Source: Zygophlyctis sp. KS116
Lineage: Eukaryota > Fungi > Chytridiomycota
Length of the DNA stretch: 32,000 nt
NCBI GenBank assembly: GCA_054661495.1
Contig: BAAFSQ010000079.1
Coordinates: 1-32,000 of the forward strand
Reading direction: 5' to 3'
The notes under the pieces are model-generated. The model was not told where the DNA came from. It searched no databases and worked only from the letters and a program-made list of their open reading frames with translations. The translations under genes were made by a program, and so were the position numbers. This document shows positions 1-9,148 of the stretch, piece by piece. The first letter of the stretch is position 1. Every line of letters starts with the position of its first letter.

Positions 1-749
1 GCCAAAGCTTTCTTAACAGCATCAATCCCTTCATAACCAAAACATGCACATTCAATATCTGCACGTACCTTTATTTGTTGAGGAGTAAGACGTTTTCTAA
101 TATTTGCAAGTAATTCTTTATAAAGTCCTTGAGGCAAATTTAAATCTCCAAAAACACTATCAGGATCTACAATAGCAATTTTAAAAGCATCATAAGCATG
201 ATCATACTTTTTATAAAGAGGCCAAGTATATTTTGAATGAATTTCTTCAACCGACATATTTAATTTTTCCGCAACATGTCTTATAATACTTTGAACTTGT
301 TTAGATTTTAAAAATTTCTCTTCACATTTTGCAACATCTTCAGGAGAGACTCTTCTTTTAGATAAATCTATATATCCTTTTTCCTTATCCACCCTTAAAA
401 CCACAACAACTTCATTCCTTCCAACTCTAATTAATTTCTGAATAGATCTTATTCTTTTCCTTGATAACTCCGAGAGTAGAATCATTCCTTCAATATTATT
501 ATATTCTAGTAAATGCACATATGCTCCCATATCAGCAATCTGTCTAACATTGACCATGACTAAAGAATCAACTTCTGGGAATTTATCTTGATAAAACCGA
601 CAAGACAATTGATTTTGAAGTGCCGAGAGTTCTGCAACTGCCGTTGGAGTTATTGGAACTGTTTCTATTGGATCTTGTTCGATTGTATTTCCTAGATTAG
701 CAGGAATAGAAATAATTTGATTCTCAGACTCGTCAAAAGTGACCTTCAT
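1..749 (-). CDS. SUI2: Translation initiation factor eIF2 alpha subunit (3' end outside window)
   Basis: Manual minus-strand translation from ATG 749 gives ...[85 protein letters not shown], the eIF2-alpha S1 domain with the Ser51 loop and KGYID motif. It is absent from the ORF track because it runs off the window edge. Confidence 0.97.
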   Translation of the reverse strand, partial: MKVTFDESENQIISIPANLGNTIEQDPIETVPITPTAVAELSALQNQLSCRFYQDKFPEVDSLVMVNVRQIADMGAYVHLLEYNNIEGMILLSELSRKRIRSIQKLIRVGRNEVVVVLRVDKEKGYIDLSKRRVSPEDVAKCEEKFLKSKQVQSIIRHVAEKLNMSVEEIHSKYTWPLYKKYDHAYDAFKIAIVDPDSVFGDLNLPQGLYKELLANIRKRLTPQQIKVRADIECACFGYEGIDAVKKAL

Positions 750-754
750 TTTTT

Positions 755-834
755 GTTAGCGTAGGCCATGGTTGTTAGCGTAGGCTGTTAGCGTAGGCTG
801 TTAGCGTAGGCAGTTAGCGTAGGCCATGGTTGTT
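755..834. repeat. Five exact copies of GTTAGCGTAGGC in the divergent spacer between eIF2-alpha and the OCA4-like gene
   Basis: Copies at 755-766, 774-785, 787-798, 800-811 and 813-824. The first and last are followed by CATGGTT(GTT); the middle three are followed by single T/T/A spacers. Confidence 0.97.
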
Positions 835-858
835 GGGTCAAGTAGTTTGCGTTCAACT

Positions 859-1323
859 ATGTATTCCCCTCCTGAACACTTTGCTATTGTGTCTAGTAAT
901 ATTTACAGAAGCTCAACATTCTCTTCAAACAATTATGATTTTATAAAATCTCTAAATCTAAATTTTGTAATTCTATTATCTCCAGAATCTCCAAAATCCC
1001 TATTATCTTTTTTAGAATCAAATAAAATTACTCTGTTCCATTTAGGAAACTCTTGGAATTCATGGCATCCAATCTCTGAAGATGCAGTCAAGGAAGGACT
1101 AGAAATTCTGTTAAATATGCCAGGACCTGCACTTGTAATGTGTTCAAGTGGAATACATGAAACTGGTATTTTAGTAGGGATTTATAGGAAAATTCAGAAT
1201 TGGAATTTAGTGTCAATACTCATGGAATTTAGAATGTTTGCTGGGAATAGAGCAAGATATTTAAATGAGTTGTTTATAGAATTGTTTGATTTGGATTTGC
1301 TCTCTGTAAAGGCTAAAGTGTGA
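859..1323 (+). CDS. Siw14/Oca-family (PFA-DSP) phosphatase-like protein, Oca4-like, probably catalytically inactive
   Basis: YSPPEHFAIVSSNIYRS N-terminus and GIYRKIQNWNLVSILMEFRMFAG..RY..ELFIELFD C-terminus are typical of the family. The P-loop reads CSSGIHET, with no CX5R Arg. ATG 859 fits homolog starts; ATG 826, inside the repeat, is an in-frame alternative. Confidence 0.8.
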   Translation: MYSPPEHFAIVSSNIYRSSTFSSNNYDFIKSLNLNFVILLSPESPKSLLSFLESNKITLFHLGNSWNSWHPISEDAVKEGLEILLNMPGPALVMCSSGIHETGILVGIYRKIQNWNLVSILMEFRMFAGNRARYLNELFIELFDLDLLSVKAKV

Positions 1324-1445
1324 ATATTGGTTTTTATTAAAAAAGTAAAAATGTTGAGCTTATAGAGTCATATCTGCATATCTTGAAAATTAACAACAAA
1401 CAACTAGTCACAAAGAGTTAAAATTTCACAACAAAAAAATTAGCA

Positions 1446-4400
1446 ATGGAAGAGATTAATCAGTCATTGTTTAATGGGGTGGAAATAAAGGATTTAGAAA
1501 CTGTTTTTATGGATGCATTTGCAGATTTCTCTCAGGAATTTCTTTGGAAGTTTGAAGGGATTTCCTTGATTTGTTTAAAATTGGATAGATCAAGGGCAAT
1601 CAAGATTGTTAAAAGGATTTGGGCAGAATATGCATTCATTTTTTACAAGACAATGACTTCAGGAACTAAAAGGCAATCTATAAGTGTATTGTACTCTTTA
1701 ATACAAATGGCTAATTTATCATCAGTCATGGCTAATGATTTGATTCTAAATTTTAATTTTAATTTAAATTTGAAGACTTCATGGACAATTTCAAGATCTA
1801 AATGCTCTCAAATGATTTATCCTTTTGAATCTTATATCAAGGAATATGATACTAGATCTCTATTTATATTGTTCTTGTGTACTTTACTACGGAAATCAGA
1901 GGTTGTTGCTAGAATAAAGTTTTTAGGAATGGGATCTAGTATTTTGAATCAAGTATTTCCAGGTTTAGACAAGGATTCTCAGTCTCTACAATCAATTTTT
2001 CTTGAAACTCTCTCAAAGTATGTTTTAGATCCAGATCAGATTCCAAGAAATTCTAAGCTTTTAATCTTGAATGGTAGGAATTTAGACAAAATTTCAGGTT
2101 TGAGGAACTCTTTGGATTTTCTTAGGAATGCATGTACAGTTCCTGGAAGAGGGATTTGTTATCAAGATTTGGGATGGTATCCGCCTGATAAGGAAAATGT
2201 ATTTACTGAAATTTACTAAATTTTTAGGTTAAAATTTACAATAAGATCTTATCTGATTTTATTCCATCTTTAAAAGTTTTGAAATTTAAAGAGCATAAAC
2301 AGCTGCTATTAGAAATATTAACAAGTTGTCCAGAGTTGGTAAAAGGGTAAGAATTTCTTTTTTTTAAAAGGCCTTTTAGATTTGTTTCAAGGTTACATAT
2401 CCTACCAATTGATCAATTTTTGCATCAGAATTGGGAAGATGCCCTAGATTTACTCACAGAAATTGTTAATCTTCCTATTCCCACAAATTTTGGAGCATTA
2501 ATGGGTTTACCTCCGCCAATTGATGGGTTTATAGATTCTATTATACCATCGTGCTTTACCTCTAGTATAAGTACAAAGGGATTACAGCATTCAAATGGTT
2601 TGATTAGGTTGAAAGTTGCCAAATTTTTATGCATTGTGTTGGCAAAGCTTGAAAAGGTTATAAAACACCTTTTGGCAAGATCTGATAATTCTGATAGTAA
2701 TGAATGGTCAGCATGCGTAGAGTCATTGGTGGATTTACTTCAAAAAAGAATACCGTCTTGGCAAGTGATTATTTCATATCATCATTCATGTATTTCAGAT
2801 GTATCGGATCATCATATAGAATCAAAAAGATTTGTCTACAGACTTGTATTTTATTATCAAAAATGTTTTTCTGAATGGATCGAAGATTCCAATTTCAATT
2901 ATGGTAAACTCATTCTTCAAGATATGAACACATTTCCGGTTGATATTCAGTATACTTTTCTAGAAATAATGGGAAATGTCAAGGAGTTTAAATGGGCCGC
3001 TCCTAGTGATTCAGGCGATTCATACTTTAAAAATTTCCTGAATTACTTTGTTTCTTGTAATGATAGGGAAATCACGGAAGTTGCACTAGAATCGCTTGTC
3101 GGCTGCTTATCTAACGGCGTATTATTTAGTAATAATTCTGATTACTTGCATATTATCTTATCTACATTACAGTTAAGCTCTAAATTCGAACAAGAGGCAG
3201 TCATTTCCTTTTTAGACAAGGTTATTTGTGACGCCGAAAAGAATTCTCAGCGAATGTCTTTATTAAAGTTGGAATTTAATAACTTAAAGTTCCTTGAAGG
3301 CCTGGATGCTGCTAATGAGCCCTATTTTAGTCTTTACTGGTTAATCAAATGCTTTGATCAAGTTAGTCAAGGAGAAGTGACTGATATTGGAAGCATTTTA
3401 TCATTTTTTACTCGATTAATTTTGGAACAGCTGTATTCAATGGAAGAAACTGGGGATGCATTATTTTTCTTATGCTCAGAGCTAGTCAATTCTCTTTCAG
3501 CAATTGAATCAAAATTAGAATTAGGTGCCCATGGTTCTGTGTTGGCTTTTAAGAATGCCCTGAAAATAGTTCAGATGTTCTCTCAATCCAGAACTTTGGA
3601 ATATCCTACTTTTTCAGTCTCTACTCCAAAAAATTACTCGGCTATTGTCAAGACTTTAAAGGGTAATTACTTTAAATTTAAATTTAGACTTTAAAAATTT
3701 AAATTTGGGCAATCTTTTCAAGAATTATTCTTCAACAGATATAATCCATGTAGCCATTACCGAAAATGTTCATTTATCGCCCGAGCTGCTCCATGAAATT
3801 GTCTCAAGTATGTGTCTAAGGTTCCCAATAAGCAAGGAAACTTACAGCTCTACTTTGCCTCAATCTATTATTTATTGCTTACCATCTTCCTTTCTTTTAG
3901 AATATGGACTTCAAAAAACTAACGTGAAAGATGTTATTTCGAAAATCGCCGATCTCTCACACCGAAAGAAACTAAGGTCGCTTTTCTTTCACGCTATTCT
4001 ACGGCTTAGAAGTTCTAGGAGACTCGTAGATTCTTTTGAAAAGATCATGCTAAGTGGTTCTATTCTAATTAGCGTTATTACCTCTGCTGCAAAATTTAAT
4101 TACATTAAAGAATTTATGGACTGCACAGTATGGAAAAATCTTTTATCATTAGCCTTTGAAGATAATGTTTATCAAAATCTTTTGAAAAAAGACGTATTTA
4201 CTCTCTCTATGTTTCAAATAATACCGAAAATACTTCAGATTCAAAATCTTAACATCCAAGAATCCTTACAGAACTCAATTGTTTCAGTAAAAACACAATT
4301 TCTTGGCCAGGTTGGCCCATCATTTCCAACTGATGCTGACATTGAAATATTAAATTTATTCAAGTTTGTACCTAACTTTGTCATTCATTTTGAAATTTTG

Positions 4401-7400
4401 AACGAAACTGTTAGTAAGGTTGGATTTGATCAATTCTGTTGGATTTTGGAAACTATTTTGACACAACAGGTATCTGATGTTTTTCCTGCGAGATACTTGA
4501 CTCTGATTATTGAACAATGTATTGAATCTCCCTCAAAAAAATATTTTAGACTGTTAGAAAAAATTTTCAACACTCAGGCCGAGCTGTCGATGCAATTCCC
4601 TAGAATTGAATCCTCAAAAAGCAATCAATTCGGAACAAAAATATTCAACATTGGGCAAGATTTGGTAGAAACATTTTTTCCAATTTTAGCTAAAAATGTT
4701 TCCGGTGATGTGAAGTCAATAATTCGCTACTTTACCACATATTATCCGTTTAGTATAAAGTTTTTTGTTCGCGAAATCAATTTTGAAGAGCTAGATATTC
4801 ATGCCCGCCTAGTTTTACTAGAAAGCATTATGGACGCATGTTGTATCACGGATAATTCATGTCGATGGAAAGATGGTGTTGACATTGAAGTCAAGGCTTC
4901 AATGCTCCAGCTATGGAAGCTTTCTCAGAACTACGTTTCGACCGAGATGAAGAATACGCTTCTTGGAAGAAAGGAATATAAGAAATGTTTATTTTTCCTC
5001 GGAAGCTCCTGCTCATCTCTATTAATGAAACATAGCAAACTTTTAGAGGATATACTAGAAGGAATTCCCACAATGACATGTAGTAGCCAAACACTAATGA
5101 TTTTAACGAATATGTTTCCACAATTGAAAGAGCTTTGTGGTAGCCAGAAAGATAAAAAATCGCTTTTGGCAATAATTTTAAGAATACTCAGAGGTTATCT
5201 TATTTTTATGAAAGATAAAGAGTCTGTGATCGGCGTAGAAGTTGTAACTCGCGAGCTGAAAGATTTATCAAATGATCTGACTTCTACAGCGCTAGATCAT
5301 AGCGATGATATTGATGCGGATTTGATGAAATATGCTCGAAATTTCGCTATCACAGTCCTCAAGTCTTACTTTGATAACCCATTTCTTATTTCCTGCATAG
5401 AAGAATTATGGTGTCTCTCCTTGAAATCTAAGGTATTTTTTGATATTTTTCTAAAAGCTAGCTTGATTTGTTTGCTGCCGACAAATTTCTGGAAATGCTA
5501 ATGACGCATTCAAAGTTTGATGATTTAATGGCTTCCGATGATGCAAATCTAGAACACATTCAATTTCAAATGGCGCATTTGATTAGAGCCATTATAGAAA
5601 CCGACCCACCCCAATTTTGCCAAACCAAATATTTAGAAAGAATAATCCCTATATATAATGGAACAATGAAGCCGTCAGATCGAATATTGCTGTCAATATT
5701 TGGCACGTATGAAGTGCAAATGGGCATTAGCACACTTGAATGGATACATAATCACTGGACAAACAAAGGAAATGGGGACATTATGCAGAGTTTTGATACA
5801 GGAAGAATGATACAAACAGTTTCGGATTTCCCAATTGAGCATAATATGGAGGACATCTTAAAAAACGAATTTGAAATATTACTTTTTGAAAAAAGGGTTT
5901 ACTATCTGTATGATATATCCTTTTTGTTACCGTTTGCAGCATCTCTTATGTTTTCTACTTCTAACTCAATTGATCTGCAATCATTAATAAAATCGAATCT
6001 CGTCGCAGTTGTGATTATGGGACTGGCAAGTAAATCAGTAGAAACTCGAATGGCATCGTCATCTATTTTGTGTAAATTTTATGAATTACTTATCTCATCA
6101 AACATTAAGGAAAAAGATTTCTTAGTCATGCTCTTTGATTCGCTTAAAAATGCGATAGATTCGGATTCAAAAATCCCTCCTCGCATTCCTTCTCTGATTT
6201 CATACTTTGTTGCACATTCTTCGGTAATTTTATTGAATTCAGAATCTATAATGTATCCCTTGGTCAATCGTTTTCTACTGCAGCGCCCGGTTTTGGACTT
6301 GAAGGTAGTAATTATCATTAATATTTTAGGATGTGCCAATGTTTTATGAGCGTATATTTTCTTCATCAGAATCTCATCGATACGAGAGGATATGGCTTTT
6401 AAAACTATTATCTTGTGGAACAATTAATGAAGATGTAAGCTAAATTATTTTTAAATTTATAGGATTACTTCATTTTGAAACGTAGGCATGCGGTTGATAT
6501 GCTTTTTAGCTTATACTTTTCTCCTATTTGTGATTTACAAATGAAATCACTGATTTTAGAAATTCTTTACAAGTGCTCAAAGCGAAACAAAGTTGCCAAG
6601 TCGGTCATCGGTAGATCATCTATACTAACATTTTTCCACTCAGCTTGCCTAAAGGCAAATATTGTCAATTTAGAAGAAAGCTCCCTTTGTTTAACTTCAT
6701 TACTTTTCTCTTATGGGCAAGCATGCAGTAATTTGGTGGAAAAACCAGGACAGTATTCATCTATGTTTTCCAGCATAATCACGACTATGTCATTTTATCT
6801 GCGCCAATTAATTGAAGCTTTTCCGCATATAAAGAAAAAAAGCATGGCTTATGGACTTCTATTAAATGTTTTTGAAAAATTTGAAGGGTTGGCTGGGTTA
6901 TCTAAATATGAATCAATATTTAGTACTGCCGACATGAAAAACGTCATTGATATCCTGGCAGCTTATCAATCACAATCTGAAGGTGATCTCGTTACCGAGA
7001 AGGCTATAACACCAAGTAGAATTTTAATTCAAGAGTTGTTACCCGCAGAGTATTTTGGTGAACAGAATGAAATACTAACTATGGCCACAAAATTTATATT
7101 CTCTGCGGGAATAGTGGGCGTGGAGAGTTCATTCTTTGTAGAAATTTTATGTTGGGTTTCGAATGTTGTTGTTCAAGACATTTCTCTTCATGAAAGGTTC
7201 GGAAAATGGCTAATTACTTGCCGATTAAGCAATACTCACCATGATTTTAGTAAGATATGCAAATGCTTTGAATGGGAGGTTTTTATGAAGAATCTATACC
7301 TCATATGCTATTCTAGGAATGAAAAATCAATCTCTACTATTTATTCATCATTATTAATGCTTATAATCAGTGACATGGATTTTAAAGAGGCCCATTACTT

Positions 7401-7542
7401 AGAATTAGTTCACAAAATCCCAGCTCCATGTCAAATATTGGAGCAGCCTATTCATTTAATAGGATTTACAGATGGAGAACTTATTTTTGAACAATTGAAG
7501 GGTATAATATGGTCCAACTCAGGGACTTTGCGGAATGACTGA
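1446..7542 (+). CDS. URB1: Nucleolar pre-ribosomal-associated protein 1 (Urb1/Npa1), about 1975 aa, 6 introns
   Basis: Introns 2199-2227, 2347-2379, 3663-3687, 5433-5461, 6305-6329 and 6435-6462 join five ORFs into one frame. It has IYNKILSDFI..L...CPELV in the N-terminal part and a NopRA1-like C-terminal region (YDISFLLP, YPLVNRFLLQRPVLDLKDVPMFY, ERIWLL, ILKRRHAVD). Confidence 0.88.
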
Positions 7543-9067
7543 AGCTCCTGCTATTTCACTATTTTTTGATGACTGGTTTAAAGTTTCAAGATAAAACATT
7601 AGATCACGCACCTGCTCTTTCAATTCTTTGATTTCTTCGGTTTTTCCCATGAGTTGTTTATCCTTTTCGTTAAGCATGGACCTAAATAAACTTTGATCGT
7701 GAAGTAAAGATGAAGACACTGCTCTTTCTTCCATTAGATCTTTTTCTAGATTTTGCATTTTCTTCATCATTTTATCCATTTTCTTTTCAATATTTTTCAT
7801 ATCTTTTTTCAAGAACCCAGTCTTTTCATTATTTGACTCACTATCCACCAGTAATGATTGTTTTTGTAGACTTAATGATTCAATTTGTCCTATCAAATGG
7901 CTTAATTCTGATTCATGAGTTTTTTCCAGTTTTTTCAAAAGAGATTCAAAGTATGTACGTTGTGATTCAAGCTGTGTAGCAAGCAATGTAGCAAAATCTC
8001 CTTGACTCGCTTCATTTTCTTTTGAAGATGAACTTATCAATTGGGTAGATGCCGATGGCATTCCCAACTCTACCAATTTACCATCTTCTCTATTTCTTAA
8101 CAATCGATGAACATATAAGTCCCCAGCATAATCCCAAACGCGCTGTGTTTCAAGCTCTAGAGAATAAAGATGTGTAGACGCTAAATAATGCTCTCTAGCA
8201 TGCCCAGACTTGTACCTCCCACAACCAATATTTCCACATATTAAGCAAATCCAACAATCACTAGAAGTCCCACATTTCCCACAAACTGATGTACTATCTG
8301 TTGAAGAGAATCTTCTTTAAGCTATTTAAAAAACTTACCTACAAACAGGACATGATGATTCTCCCCACTTTACTATGCAACCACAATGAAACGTATGTTG
8401 ACAAATATTTGTCAAAAGTCCAGTCACTGAAGAATCCAATCTTTCTAAACATACGGGACAATTTGGTAATTCTACTCCAAGCGTTTCTTTCCCTTCATAT
8501 TCCCCTTGTACCTGATATTGTATCGAATTAACTATTACTATATGACATGTTTCATTTTCAAGAGCGTTATATTTTCTATAGTATTAATAATTTTACAAAG
8601 AATATCTAGTACCAACCGCTTTGCAATCAGTATTAAATCGACACAAAAACATACACTCCATCAAGTTCCCTTATTAAACATGATCTAGACTCCACATCTC
8701 TCAATTGCAAAATCGCCATATACCTCCCAGTATTAGAATCCTTTAGCAAATATAAATGAAGAATATTGGGCGATAAACAATCCAGAAACATCAACAGATC
8801 TCTTGGGGTAAATAGAGCAGGAACTGCTAAAATAGCAGCCCAAGTGCTACATTCAATATTTTGAGGATTTTCAGATTTTATAATATGCAATATTGCATCA
8901 TTAGCATTAAAGCTTGAGACTTGCGGCCATACACATTCGATCCCAACACTTGCAAACCTGCAGTCATTCATTTGTACAAATTTAAGTTTTGTAGATTTCC
9001 AAAAGCGATCAAGAAAACGGGGAAATTTCTGTTGATATTTAAAAGTAAATACAAGATCAATGATCAT
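7519..9067 (-). CDS. ETP1: BRAP2/ETP1-like E3 ubiquitin ligase (BRAP2 domain, RING-H2, ZnF-UBP, coiled coil), about 480 aa
   Basis: Introns 8576-8654 and 8312-8338. ELPNCPVCLERLDSSVTGLLTNICQHTFHCGC...CPVCR (RING), CWICLICGNIGCGRY..GHAREH...H.YSLELETQRVWDYAGDLYVHRL (ZnF-UBP), and ELKEQVRDLMFYLE at the C-terminus. Confidence 0.93.
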
Positions 9068-9148
9068 TCAATGTCCTCTGGACGTTTAAATTGATTTCAA
9101 GTGAGGCGTAGTTGCGGTTACGTCACCAACGACCAAACAATAAACATA

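Noticed and set aside
755-834. Repeat array as a CRISPR array or a true telomere
   Set aside because: Spacers are 1-7 nt and not unique, the context is eukaryotic with no cas genes, and the array is internal between two intact genes.
8576-8656. 79-nt intron as a donor-disrupted stwintron (GT|CGGT)
   Set aside because: Removing the extra GT gives GGA AAA ATA TAA, an immediate stop, and loses the homologous GVKYN sequence.
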